Source of the DNA: a virus
Taxonomy: Duplodnaviria > Caudoviricetes
Strand: one strand, 5' to 3'
Length of the DNA stretch: 63,944 nt
Virus record (IMG/VR): IMGVR_UViG_3300048998_000126
Location: 1-63,944 of that record
Shown: one piece after another, positions 17,149-26,403 of the stretch
Layout of the letters: every line of letters starts with the position of its first letter
Position numbering within the stretch: position 1 is the first letter of the stretch
Position numbers and translations under genes: made by a program
The notes under the pieces: generated by a model
What the model saw: only the letters and a program-made list of their open reading frames with translations
The model's database searches: none
Told to the model about the DNA's origin: nothing

Positions 17149-17285
17149 TGTTTACGCCTGAGATCCTGCTGCCGGTCCTGAAGTGGGCCGCGCTGTTGTC
17201 GTTCGGCGGTGGTGTTACCGCCGGTGTCGTGGTGGGTTTGCTGGAGGGAATGGGTGTATGGCCACGACGCCGGAAGGCAAAGTAA
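17148..17285 (+). CDS. Small membrane protein
   Basis: GGAGG SD and TGATG coupling; hydrophobic body with a basic tail. Confidence 0.5.
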   Translation: MFTPEILLPVLKWAALLSFGGGVTAGVVVGLLEGMGVWPRRRKAK

Positions 17286-17686
17286 AAGAAAAAGTGCGCG
17301 CGGATTTCCGGGCGCATGGTACATTCTACGAAGGCAATACAGCGAGCGCGATGGGCACCAACGGTGCGCCGGACTTTCGCTGTTGTCGCCAGTCAGACGG
17401 GCACTACGGCGGGGTCGAGACCAAGGCAGGTACTTGGAAGGTTTCGGCGTTGCAGCGTGTCCGGCTGGAAAAGCTCGGCGCCTCCATGGGCAGTGCGATG
17501 GTGGTCAACGAGAGCAACCTGGACATGCTGACCTTATGGTTGGACAGCCCGGGCTGGCGCGTCATCGCCGTGATCAATGACAAGGACGTGTGTACGCATC
17601 ATCTGGCTGTCCGTATGGACGGTACCGGGATGACGAAAATAGAAAACCCGCCGGTCTCGAAGACCAAGCGGGTTAAAGGGCCGTGA
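17258..17686 (+). CDS. VRR-NUC / Holliday-junction-resolvase-like nuclease
   Basis: TPEGKVK, GAPD, ETKAG and S.LQ motifs; adjacent to the SNF2 helicase. Confidence 0.8.
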   Translation: MATTPEGKVKEKVRADFRAHGTFYEGNTASAMGTNGAPDFRCCRQSDGHYGGVETKAGTWKVSALQRVRLEKLGASMGSAMVVNESNLDMLTLWLDSPGWRVIAVINDKDVCTHHLAVRMDGTGMTKIENPPVSKTKRVKGP

Positions 17687-17729
17687 ACCCAGAGCGGCAG
17701 AATACCACAGCACAACTGATTGGTGAGAC

Positions 17730-19298
17730 ATGCACGTCCACAAGGAATCTAAAAGCCTGATCCTCGCTCTACGCGATCCGACCCGGGTTACCAGCGTTAT
17801 GCCTAAGGCGCGCGCTGTCCCCGACGGTAACGGGATGACGTGGACGCAGGTGTTCTTCGGGCTCGATGAGGCGCGCGTGCTGCGCAACATGGGCATCGCC
17901 GCCCCCTCGCCCATTCGCTATTTCTACGACTTCCCTATCCGTCACCCACACAAGCCGTTCGAGCACCAGGTGACCACCGCCGAGTTCTTCACCCTGAACC
18001 CCCGCGGGATCTGTCTGAACGACATGGGTACCGGCAAGACTCTCAGCTCGCTCTGGGCGGCTGACTACCTGATGGAGCAGAAGCAGGTCGGTAAAGCAAT
18101 CATCGTCTGCCCCAAGTCCACTCTGTCGTCCGTGTGGGAGAACGAAGTCGCCCAGCACTTCATGTCCAAGCGGACCACGGCGGTGCTGACCGGCAGCCGC
18201 GAGCGCCGACTTAAACAGCTCAAGCGCGACGTGGACTTCTACATCATTAACCATGACGGGCTGAAGGTCATCGCCGACGAACTACGCCGCCGGCCGGACA
18301 TCAACCTATGGATTCTGGACGAAGCCTCCGAGTTCAGGAACGCCGAGACCGCGCGCCACAAGCTGTTCGCGGACCTTGTGCGGCCAACCGACTGGCTCTG
18401 GCTCATGACCGGCACGCCATGTCCTGCCGAGCCGACAGACGCCTGGGGTCTGGCCAAGCTGCTGCATGGCAACCGCGTGGTACCGGCTTACTACACCCAC
18501 TTCCGCAACCAAGTAATGACGCAGATCACCACCTACAAGTGGGTGCCGAAGCCAGATGCTTACGAGAAAGCCTACGACATCCTGCAACCCGGTATCCGAT
18601 TCACCAAAGAGGCCTGCATCTCGTTGCCGCCGGTTACGTTCCAGACTCGCATGTGCAGCCTGAGCCCGGATCAGGTGGCGATGTACAAGGAGATGATCAC
18701 CACCATGGTGGCGAACCTGCGTGGCGTGGAGATCACCGCAGCCAACGCCGCGGTGAAGATGGGCAAGCTGCGGCAGGTCTGTGTGGGCTCGATCTACGAC
18801 GAGCACGGCGTCGGCTACTCTATCGACTCCAGCGACCGGTTGGCTGTGTGCGAGGAAGTGTGCGAGGAGGCGGCTCGGAAGGTTATCGTGTTCGTCCCGG
18901 TTACCCACGCGCTGGACAAAGTGGCGCAACACCTCAGTAAACGCTGGAGTGTCGAGAAGGTTGACGGGCGCACCAGCGACTCGGAACGGAAAGTTATCTT
19001 TGACAACTTCCAACGAGCGCAGCACCCGCGCATACTGGTCGCCCACCCGCAGACTACGGCGCACGGCCTGACCCTGACGGAAGCGGATACCACGATCTGG
19101 TACGCCCCGATTGACCGACTCGACCTGTTCGAACAGGCGAACAACCGGATGAACCGCCCGGGCCAGAAGCACAAGATGACCGTGGTGATGCTGGCAGCGA
19201 CGATGATGGAGCAGAACCTGTATCAAGGCCTGAAGACGAAACAGAACGTTCAGGACTCGGTCCTGAGTCTTTTTAAATCCGAACTCGGATTAAGTTGA
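17730..19298 (+). CDS. SNF2-family superfamily 2 helicase
   Basis: DMGTGKT, ILDEA, MTGTP, HGLTL and QANNRMNRPGQ motifs. Confidence 0.92.
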   Translation: MHVHKESKSLILALRDPTRVTSVMPKARAVPDGNGMTWTQVFFGLDEARVLRNMGIAAPSPIRYFYDFPIRHPHKPFEHQVTTAEFFTLNPRGICLNDMGTGKTLSSLWAADYLMEQKQVGKAIIVCPKSTLSSVWENEVAQHFMSKRTTAVLTGSRERRLKQLKRDVDFYIINHDGLKVIADELRRRPDINLWILDEASEFRNAETARHKLFADLVRPTDWLWLMTGTPCPAEPTDAWGLAKLLHGNRVVPAYYTHFRNQVMTQITTYKWVPKPDAYEKAYDILQPGIRFTKEACISLPPVTFQTRMCSLSPDQVAMYKEMITTMVANLRGVEITAANAAVKMGKLRQVCVGSIYDEHGVGYSIDSSDRLAVCEEVCEEAARKVIVFVPVTHALDKVAQHLSKRWSVEKVDGRTSDSERKVIFDNFQRAQHPRILVAHPQTTAHGLTLTEADTTIWYAPIDRLDLFEQANNRMNRPGQKHKMTVVMLAATMMEQNLYQGLKTKQNVQDSVLSLFKSELGLS

Positions 19299-19322
19299 CA
19301 CGGTTGATACAACTGATAGTAT
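19295..19322 (+). promoter_or_regulatory. Putative sigma70 promoter
   Basis: TTGACA-16 nt-TAGTAT in the intergenic gap. Confidence 0.5.
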
Positions 19323-19354
19323 AGCGACTACACACCTTATCCGAGGTTTCAGCC

Positions 19355-19942
19355 ATGCAAGACATCAACGCTCCAGTGCGCGACCCACGGTTCATGGACG
19401 CCCAAGGCCAGTTCTGGTTTTGGGACGTCACGTTCACCAAGCAGTTCGGGCCGTACGCCAACCCCACCATCGCCGGACAGAAGCTCAACGAGTACACCCA
19501 GTGGGTGAACTCTCAGTCACAGGCCGCCGTGGTAGAGCAGCAAGCACAGCCGGTCGACTCGGTAGTTGCTCAGGCCGTGGCCGAGTTCATCCGCCTGCGC
19601 GACGAACGCGACGCTCTGTCCGCCAAGCACAAGGACGAAGCCGCATTGCTCGAGGAACAACTGGCCGCCGGCGAAGCGTTCCTGACCGAGAAGCTGAAAG
19701 AGATGGGCGCCGAATCGTTCAAGGTTCCAGCCGGTACCGTCTTCACCAGCACCCAAGCCCGTTCTGCCATCCCTGATAAAGCTGCGTTCAGCGCCTGGGT
19801 GCTTCAGACCGGCGAGATCGATTTGCTCCAGTCCCGCCTCTCCAATACCAACTTGGAGAAGTGGATCGAAACACACGACGGCGCACTGCCGCCGGGCGTC
19901 ACCTTCAGCCGCGAGCGAGTAGTCCGCGTCCGTCGTGCTTGA
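19355..19942 (+). CDS. Conserved phage coiled-coil protein preceding the SSB-like gene
   Basis: GAGG SD; coiled coil followed by GTV and LPPGV motifs. Confidence 0.75.
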   Translation: MQDINAPVRDPRFMDAQGQFWFWDVTFTKQFGPYANPTIAGQKLNEYTQWVNSQSQAAVVEQQAQPVDSVVAQAVAEFIRLRDERDALSAKHKDEAALLEEQLAAGEAFLTEKLKEMGAESFKVPAGTVFTSTQARSAIPDKAAFSAWVLQTGEIDLLQSRLSNTNLEKWIETHDGALPPGVTFSRERVVRVRRA

Positions 19943-19978
19943 TACACCCAACACACTTCCGTGAACCATGAGGTATGT

Positions 19979-21712
19979 ATGAACAACATGATCCCCTTTG
20001 GCCAAGGCCAGGCTCCAGCGTTTCTGACCCAACTGGGCATGAGCCCGGAACAAGTCGCTGCAATGAACAGCGGCGCTGCCGTCGGTACCGGTGGCGGTGG
20101 CGTCAACCGTATCAGCTTGAAGCAGTCCCGCTTCCGTCTGATCGTTGGTGGCACCGAGACCATGGTCATCCCTACGCTGAACATCCAGCTGGTCATCGTC
20201 CGCGCTAACGACGGCGTGACAAAGACTTGGTACGAAAAAGAGTGGACCCCGGACCAAGGCGAGAACAGTGCCCCCGACTGCTCGAGCGACGACGGCATCA
20301 CGCCGCGTATGGACTCGCCGAAGCGTCAGGCGAACTCTTGCGCCACCTGCCCGATGAACGAGTGGGGCAGCAAAACCAACAAGCTGACCGGCGCTAAAAT
20401 CAAAGCATGCACCGACGGCAAGACCATGGCGATTCTGGCCCCGGGTGCTAACGGCCAGTTCGGCGTAGGCGATCTGTACCAGCTGAAGACTCCGCCAGCG
20501 TCGCTGGGCGAGTTCGGTGGCTTCGTCAAGGGCCTGAGCAGCCTGCCACAGCCGGTGCCGTACAACGCCGTGGTAGCTGACGTCTCGTTCGACCCACAGG
20601 CGAACTTCCCTAAACTGCTGTTCAAGCCTGTCCGCTACCTGGACGCGCAAGAGTACGAGCTGGTCGCCAAGCGCTACAACGAAGATGAGACCAAGCGCAT
20701 CGCTGGCTTGGCTGACGTCCAGACCATGCGTACCCCGCAGCTGGCAGCGCCGCAAGCCCAGCCTCAACAGCAGGCGCCGGTGCAACAGCAGTTTGCTCAG
20801 CCGCAGAACCCGCCCGTCCAACAGCAGGCTCCGGTTCAGCAGCAAGCTCCGCAACAGGCGCCCGTACAGCAGGCCGCAGGCGGATGGGGCGAGCAACCGC
20901 AGCAAGCCGCTCCACAGCAGCAAGCTCCGCAACAGGCCGCAGGCGGGTGGGGCGCAGAACCAACTGGCCAGCAAGCTGCGCCTGGCGCGAACTCGGGTTG
21001 GGGTTCACCTGCTCAGGCTCAACCGCAGCAGGGCGCGCAGACGTTCGAGCAACCTCAGAGCACCGCGCCGGATGGTTGGGGTCAGCAAGCTCCGCAACAG
21101 CAGGCTCCAACGCAGCAGGCTCCAGTGCAGCAGGCTCCAGTGCAGCAGGCTGCGGCTCAGTCGGGTTGGGGCGATGCAGCTCCACAGCAACAAGCTCCAC
21201 AGCAACAAGCTCCACAGCAACAAGCTCCACAGCAACAAGCTCCACAGCAACAAGCTGGCGTAGTGCTGATGGCTGGTGGCCGTGAGCATGGCAAAGCTCC
21301 TGCCGGTAAGAAGCGCCGCACCGCTGCGGAGATCGCTGAGGACGAAGCTTACACAGCGTCTGGCGGCCAGGCTACCCAGCAAGCGCCGGTCCAACAGCAG
21401 GCTCCACAACCCGCTGCTGATGGCTGGGGCGGTCAGCCGCAAACTCAGGCAGCACCGCAACAAGCTGCCGCAGGGTGGGGTGACGCCGCGCCGCAACAGC
21501 AAGCTCCGCAGCAGGCCGCCGGTTGGGGCGATGCAGCTCCACAACAGCAGGCACCTGTCCAGCAAGCGGCTCCGGCTTTTGACGCGGCCAACCCATGGGC
21601 TAACGGCGGTGCGCAGCCACAGCAAGGCGCGCCGAATCAGCCGGGTGTGATGCAACAAGCGCCGGGTGGCATGCCGGCCTTCCAAGGTTGGGATGACCAG
21701 CCAGCGCAGTAA
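19979..21712 (+). CDS. Putative ssDNA-binding/annealing protein with long Q/A/P-rich GWG-repeat tail
   Basis: ~250-aa globular part (RISLK..RF, APDCSS.DG..P, CATCP, FPKLLFKP) in the replication module, then a low-complexity tail ending FQGWDD. Confidence 0.7.
   Translation: MNNMIPFGQGQAPAFLTQLGMSPEQVAAMNSGAAVGTGGGGVNRISLKQSRFRLIVGGTETMVIPTLNIQLVIVRANDGVTKTWYEKEWTPDQGENSAPDCSSDDGITPRMDSPKRQANSCATCPMNEWGSKTNKLTGAKIKACTDGKTMAILAPGANGQFGVGDLYQLKTPPASLGEFGGFVKGLSSLPQPVPYNAVVADVSFDPQANFPKLLFKPVRYLDAQEYELVAKRYNEDETKRIAGLADVQTMRTPQLAAPQAQPQQQAPVQQQFAQPQNPPVQQQAPVQQQAPQQAPVQQAAGGWGEQPQQAAPQQQAPQQAAGGWGAEPTGQQAAPGANSGWGSPAQAQPQQGAQTFEQPQSTAPDGWGQQAPQQQAPTQQAPVQQAPVQQAAAQSGWGDAAPQQQAPQQQAPQQQAPQQQAPQQQAGVVLMAGGREHGKAPAGKKRRTAAEIAEDEAYTASGGQATQQAPVQQQAPQPAADGWGGQPQTQAAPQQAAAGWGDAAPQQQAPQQAAGWGDAAPQQQAPVQQAAPAFDAANPWANGGAQPQQGAPNQPGVMQQAPGGMPAFQGWDDQPAQ
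21179..21256 (+). repeat. Perfect 15-bp tandem repeat (GCTCCACAGCAACAA) x5
   Basis: Read directly; encodes APQQQ x5. Confidence 0.95.
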
Positions 21713-21720
21713 GTAACGCT

Positions 21721-21754
21721 GCACGCCCCTGATTAGGGGCGTGCTCTACTGTTT
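21721..21754 (+). terminator. Hairpin terminator after the SSB-like gene
   Basis: GCACGCCCCT-GATT-AGGGGCGTGC 10-bp stem with a weak T tract. Confidence 0.65.
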
Positions 21755-21769
21755 CTCGAGGTAACCATC

Positions 21770-22096
21770 ATGTTGGACAAAGAAGAACTCGCCGCCTTTC
21801 TGGCTCTGTTTCTCGCCTTCGCCACGACCAACGCGTTGTCGGCACACAAGCTGTCCGAAATGTTCGGCGTCAGCGTGCCCACCGTATCTCGTTGGCTCAA
21901 GCGGGCTCGTGGACTTCACGTCCAGTCGGGCGATAACACCTACATCTACCGTCATCTGGCTGAGCCGGTGCGCGGGAAGATCGAAAAGCTCAACGAGATC
22001 GACGAAGCCCGCGGGATCTACGCGGCGATGGACGGCTACAGCGTGGCCAAAAAAGTCGAACTGCTGCAAGGCGCGCTCGCCGGACGGATCGTCTGA
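21770..22096 (+). CDS. HTH DNA-binding protein
   Basis: GAGG SD; LSAHKLSEMFGVSVPTVSRWL. Confidence 0.75.
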   Translation: MLDKEELAAFLALFLAFATTNALSAHKLSEMFGVSVPTVSRWLKRARGLHVQSGDNTYIYRHLAEPVRGKIEKLNEIDEARGIYAAMDGYSVAKKVELLQGALAGRIV

Positions 22097-22126
22097 TAGA
22101 CTGACCCCGCCAACCAAGGAGGCGCC

Positions 22127-25100
22127 GTGAATACCCAAGACTTCCTCGCAACTGTATGGCCCCAGACAGGGGTGTACCTGACCATCATTCCAGCCACTTA
22201 TACAGACCGGAGTACCAACAAACAGGTTCCCTACTTCAAGCACTTCGCAGACGCCACCATCGAAGCCGCAGCAGCCCGCGCAGGCGGCCTGGCCGCTCAG
22301 GGTAACGACGTGTTCTTCGCCTTGGGCAGCGTCAAGGAAGACTTGACCACGCTCAACAAGACCGCCCGCGAAGCTGCTGGTAAAAAGGTTCGTGGTCGCC
22401 ACAAGACCGGCCACAACAACACTGCGTTCATCAAGTCGTTCTGGGTCGATCTGGACGTCAACGCGTCGAAAGCAGCCGCGGGCGATAATGTTTACGCTAC
22501 CCGCGATGAAGCCATGGCTTCGCTTCGTTCGTTCTGCGCGCAGATGAACCTGCCGCGTCCGCTGGTAATCAGTTCCGGGGGTGGGTACCACGCTTATTGG
22601 CCTCTCACATGTGAGATTCAAGCCGAGAAGTGGGAGCACTACGCCGACCTGTTCAAGCAGCTAACAACCGCTTGGGGGTTGAAGGCGGACCCTACCCGAA
22701 CCGCCGATCAGGCCAGTATCTTGCGGCCTGTCGGTACCTTCAACATGAAGACCGGCTCGCCGCGGCCGGTGGAGGTTGTCGTCCCGGCAGGCGCTACCGA
22801 CACCGATCAGTTCCTGAAGCACATCGAGGCGCTGGCTGCCCGCGCACAGCTCCAACCGACGCCAGTCCGTGGCCCGTCGGCCATGACGATCCTCGGCGCG
22901 CCGCCTCCGCATATCTCTGGCACCGCTCCGGTGGTGACGATTGATGTGTCGGCTTTGAACGAAGCGGCCGCACATGGTGCTGCGTACGATCAGCCTGACC
23001 CTCGCCTTGTCGTCCAGGCGTGCCTCCAGCTGGCCTGGCAAGCGAGCAACCAGGGGCTCGTGTCAGAACCCCAGTGGTACGCGATGATCGGCTGCCTGCG
23101 CCACGCGAAGGACGGTATTCGCGCCATCCACTTCATGTCGAAGCAGTCGCCGACCTACGACCCGACCACCACCGACGCGAAGATCCAGCAGCACATCGAT
23201 GGCAACTATGGCCCAACCACCTGCGCCAAGTTCGAGTCGAGCCGACCAGGTGGGTGCAGCCAGTGCCCGTTCCGCGGGAAGATCACGACGCCGCTTCAGA
23301 ACGTCAAAGAACTGAAACAGGCAGCGCCGCCAATGATCTCGCTGAGCACTGCTGCGGGAGTTGTCCAGATCTCCCTGCCGCCACCGCCTAAACCGTACAA
23401 GCGGGTGACGAACCCATTGACCGGAACGAATCGTATCGCCATGACCATTGGTGACATGAAGACCGGCAGCACCGAAGACATCGTGATCTACGAGCACGAC
23501 ATTTACCCGTCGAAGCTGATCAAAGACGAGCGTCTGAACGAGTACGTGGCGGTGATAAACCGTTGGCTGCCACACGAAGGGTGGGAAGAATTCGAGCTGC
23601 CGTTGTCGATGCTCTACGATACGAAGAACTGGTCCAAGTCTTTGGGCTCTTTCGGCGTGCTGGTGGACGTCGCCCACATAGGTGAATTGGTGCAATACAT
23701 GATCGGATACATGCGAGATCTCCAGAAGGCTGCACAGGCCAACGTCATTTACGCCCAGCTTGGCTGGCATAAGGACCAGATAAAGTTCGTCCTCCCGGAC
23801 CGTGTCGTCACGCCCGCGGGTGTGCAGAAGGTAACGCCGAGCAAAAACGTTTCGAACTCGCTGTCGTGGGTCGAAGCCAAGGGCGATATCGAGGTCTGGA
23901 AACAGATCGCCGCCGTCTACGACCGGCCAGGCCTCGAGGCCCACCAGTTCGGCTTCGGGGTTGGGTTCGCCAGTCCGCTGTTCAAGTTCACCAACTTCAA
24001 CGGCATGCTGGTGTCCATGGTCGGCGAGCGCGGCGCGGGCAAGTCCTCCGCTGCCATGATGGCCAACAGTATCTGGGGCCACCCAACCATGGGCTGGGCC
24101 GATGCCAAACACGATACCCAGAAGGCCTTCTACCAGAAGCTGGGCATTCTGAAGAACTTGCCGGTCACCTATGACGAGCACACCAACCTCGATAACGAGA
24201 CAGTGTCCGACATGGCTTACTCGGTTTCCAAGGGGCAGGGTCGCCAGCGCCTGCAACAGAACGCACAGGCGGCGGAGAACTTCGGCAACTGGCAGCTGAT
24301 GATGCTGATGACCGGGAACAAGTCGTTGAACGACCGGTTGGGCCAGCTCAAGGGTGACTCCTCCGCAGAGTCGGCGCGCATCTTCGAATACGTGGTGCCG
24401 AGCAACACCCTGACCAAAGCCGAGGCCGACAAATACTGGGGCCCGAACTCGCTGATCAGCCAGCACTACGGTATGGCCGGCGAAGTGTACGCGCAGCAAC
24501 TGGTTGTCAGCGAAGTATGGGCGCGTCACCGAGTGGCGGAGTGGGTGCAGATCGTCGACGCCCAAGCCAACGTCAGCAGCGGCGAGCGCTTCTGGTCGGC
24601 AGGTGTGGCCTGTGTGCTGACTGGCTTCGAGCTGGCCAACGCCTGCGGCCTTACCAACGTCAACATCCAGCGGCTGCTCAAGTTCGCCTGCAACGTGATC
24701 ATGGACATGCGTGGCACTGTCACCGAGAACACCCGCGAAGCAGAATCGATCCTTGCCGACTACCTCAACAACAGCCTGGGCGCCACGCTGATCCTGAACT
24801 CGGACGCAACCCCAACCGCCAACGCGATGATGCTGCACGAGCCGGCCAGTGGCCGTGGGTTGCACATCAGGATGGAGAAACACCACTCGCGCATGTACCT
24901 GGACCGGGCGGACTTCCGCAAGTTTGCCGCCCTGCGTGGCGTCGACGTGAGCGCCCTGACGCGGGAGATGATCGCCGAGAAGATCCTGCTCAACAAGAAC
25001 TACCGGATGACCCTGGGCAAAGGCACCAAATACGGCGGCATCCAGACAGTGTGCTGGGTCATAGACATGTCTCATCCATCACTGCTGGGGGTCGGCGACC

Positions 25101-25153
25101 TCGCCGTGGTGCAGTCTCAGCAAGCGCCAGCGCATCTTCGGGCGGTCCCGTGA
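22127..25153 (+). CDS. Primase-helicase (AEP/RepB-like primase + Cys cluster + DUF927-like ATPase)
   Basis: WVDLD and SGGGYHAYW primase motifs, ILRPVGTFN, C...CxxCP, Walker A GERGAGKS, Walker B VTYDE; AGGAGG SD. Confidence 0.88.
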   Translation: MNTQDFLATVWPQTGVYLTIIPATYTDRSTNKQVPYFKHFADATIEAAAARAGGLAAQGNDVFFALGSVKEDLTTLNKTAREAAGKKVRGRHKTGHNNTAFIKSFWVDLDVNASKAAAGDNVYATRDEAMASLRSFCAQMNLPRPLVISSGGGYHAYWPLTCEIQAEKWEHYADLFKQLTTAWGLKADPTRTADQASILRPVGTFNMKTGSPRPVEVVVPAGATDTDQFLKHIEALAARAQLQPTPVRGPSAMTILGAPPPHISGTAPVVTIDVSALNEAAAHGAAYDQPDPRLVVQACLQLAWQASNQGLVSEPQWYAMIGCLRHAKDGIRAIHFMSKQSPTYDPTTTDAKIQQHIDGNYGPTTCAKFESSRPGGCSQCPFRGKITTPLQNVKELKQAAPPMISLSTAAGVVQISLPPPPKPYKRVTNPLTGTNRIAMTIGDMKTGSTEDIVIYEHDIYPSKLIKDERLNEYVAVINRWLPHEGWEEFELPLSMLYDTKNWSKSLGSFGVLVDVAHIGELVQYMIGYMRDLQKAAQANVIYAQLGWHKDQIKFVLPDRVVTPAGVQKVTPSKNVSNSLSWVEAKGDIEVWKQIAAVYDRPGLEAHQFGFGVGFASPLFKFTNFNGMLVSMVGERGAGKSSAAMMANSIWGHPTMGWADAKHDTQKAFYQKLGILKNLPVTYDEHTNLDNETVSDMAYSVSKGQGRQRLQQNAQAAENFGNWQLMMLMTGNKSLNDRLGQLKGDSSAESARIFEYVVPSNTLTKAEADKYWGPNSLISQHYGMAGEVYAQQLVVSEVWARHRVAEWVQIVDAQANVSSGERFWSAGVACVLTGFELANACGLTNVNIQRLLKFACNVIMDMRGTVTENTREAESILADYLNNSLGATLILNSDATPTANAMMLHEPASGRGLHIRMEKHHSRMYLDRADFRKFAALRGVDVSALTREMIAEKILLNKNYRMTLGKGTKYGGIQTVCWVIDMSHPSLLGVGDLAVVQSQQAPAHLRAVP

Positions 25154-25464
25154 GGGTAAGCCTCCACGCGAAGGAACGTTGGCGCCAGCGAGCCCCGGGC
25201 GTCGACATGAACGCGGACGTGCTGACGGCTAAACCCGTCAGCAAGCGCTTGCTGCGCGTGTTGAACGATCCGAACTACGGCGGGGTAAAGGGTATGCGTG
25301 GCCCGCAGGTGATCCGTTACATGGTCACCGAGGGGCGCATGATTCTTGTGGTAGCGGCTGATGGGACCATCGTGACGGTGGTAAGTCTGGACGAAACCAA
25401 AGCGTGGGCCGCCCGCCGCGAACGGACCCTGCGCAGGGTCCGCCGCTACGGAAACCTATACTGA
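25150..25464 (+). CDS. Small basic protein with SxHAxER motif (DUF4258-like)
   Basis: GTGA overlap; VSLHAKERWRQR ... ILVV..DGTIVTV. Confidence 0.6.
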   Translation: MRVSLHAKERWRQRAPGVDMNADVLTAKPVSKRLLRVLNDPNYGGVKGMRGPQVIRYMVTEGRMILVVAADGTIVTVVSLDETKAWAARRERTLRRVRRYGNLY

Positions 25465-26400
25465 TTCGATCTGCGCAACCAGAGTGCCGGCAGCCGCGGC
25501 GCTCTGTGCGGCGATGTCGGAGAACCCGCGGGAGGCTTGAGCGTGGGCGCTGGCGACACCGTTGGCTCCGTAGATCGACACCCGGTTGCGGTCGATGGAG
25601 TTGTCGATCTGGGCGCCGGTCTCTTTCGCCTGAAGCTGCAAGCGAGCCTGTGCCACCTCCACGTCGTAGTAAGTGCCCAACGCGGCATAGAACGACTGGT
25701 ACGCCTGCGCACGGATTCGCGCGGAGTCCACATCCAGCTGCTTGAGGCCGTAGTACGCGCGGAAGAATTCGGCTGACGTATTCAGAATGCCGAGCTTCAG
25801 CTGCGCAGCGATCTGAACCGCCTGCATCAGCAGCTCTTTGCTGATGTCTGCTTCCTTGACCGCCTGCTCTACGTTCACTTCCATGATCGCCTGAGTAGCT
25901 CGGCGTTCGATCTCGGCCTGCGCGGCTACCAGCGCACCGGGTGGCAGGCTGAAGCCTTGGTTCGACAATCGAGCCTCGGCGCTGCGTAGCTCGGTCTGAG
26001 ACGTTCTGTAGGTCCGGTCGCGCATCCGTGACCATACGCGCTCGAAGACCGTGGTGTCGCTGCCGTAGGGCTTCACGCCGCTGATGATGTTGGCGGTGTA
26101 GTCCTCGGTCAGACTCTGGAACGATCCGTTAATGGCCGGGAAATACTTCGCCAGCCAGGCGTCCACCTGATCGTTCAGCGCGTTGTAGTTGGCGCCCGAG
26201 TGATCGGACCCATCGAACAGGTCCGAGAACTTCGGCGGCGCGCCGAGCGCTATAGTCGGCGGCGTGTAGTTGAAGGTGGTCTCTTTGAGCGTCGGCTTGG
26301 TGGCCAGGTTGATCCGCCCTGCGCTGCCCGAAGCCAGCGACACCGCGCGTGTGGCCTGTGCCAGCAGCGCGGACGTTGTGCTGTCGTATTCTGAGGACAT
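25456..26400 (-). CDS. Putative virion structural protein
   Basis: 314-aa helical Ala-rich ORF; last gene of the late arm. Confidence 0.7.
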   Translation of the reverse strand: MSSEYDSTTSALLAQATRAVSLASGSAGRINLATKPTLKETTFNYTPPTIALGAPPKFSDLFDGSDHSGANYNALNDQVDAWLAKYFPAINGSFQSLTEDYTANIISGVKPYGSDTTVFERVWSRMRDRTYRTSQTELRSAEARLSNQGFSLPPGALVAAQAEIERRATQAIMEVNVEQAVKEADISKELLMQAVQIAAQLKLGILNTSAEFFRAYYGLKQLDVDSARIRAQAYQSFYAALGTYYDVEVAQARLQLQAKETGAQIDNSIDRNRVSIYGANGVASAHAQASRGFSDIAAQSAAAAGTLVAQIESV

Positions 26401-26403
26401 TGC

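Noticed and set aside
21179-21256. CRISPR array or non-coding repeat
   Set aside because: The units are adjacent with no spacers and are in frame (APQQQ) within a CDS.
23063-25075. Long antisense ORFs (670 aa here; also 1596-2747, 19517-20974, 26869-28335, 35556-37058, 41279-42658, 55482-57515)
   Set aside because: Shadow frames of well-supported genes in GC-rich DNA, with no recognisable motifs or RBS.
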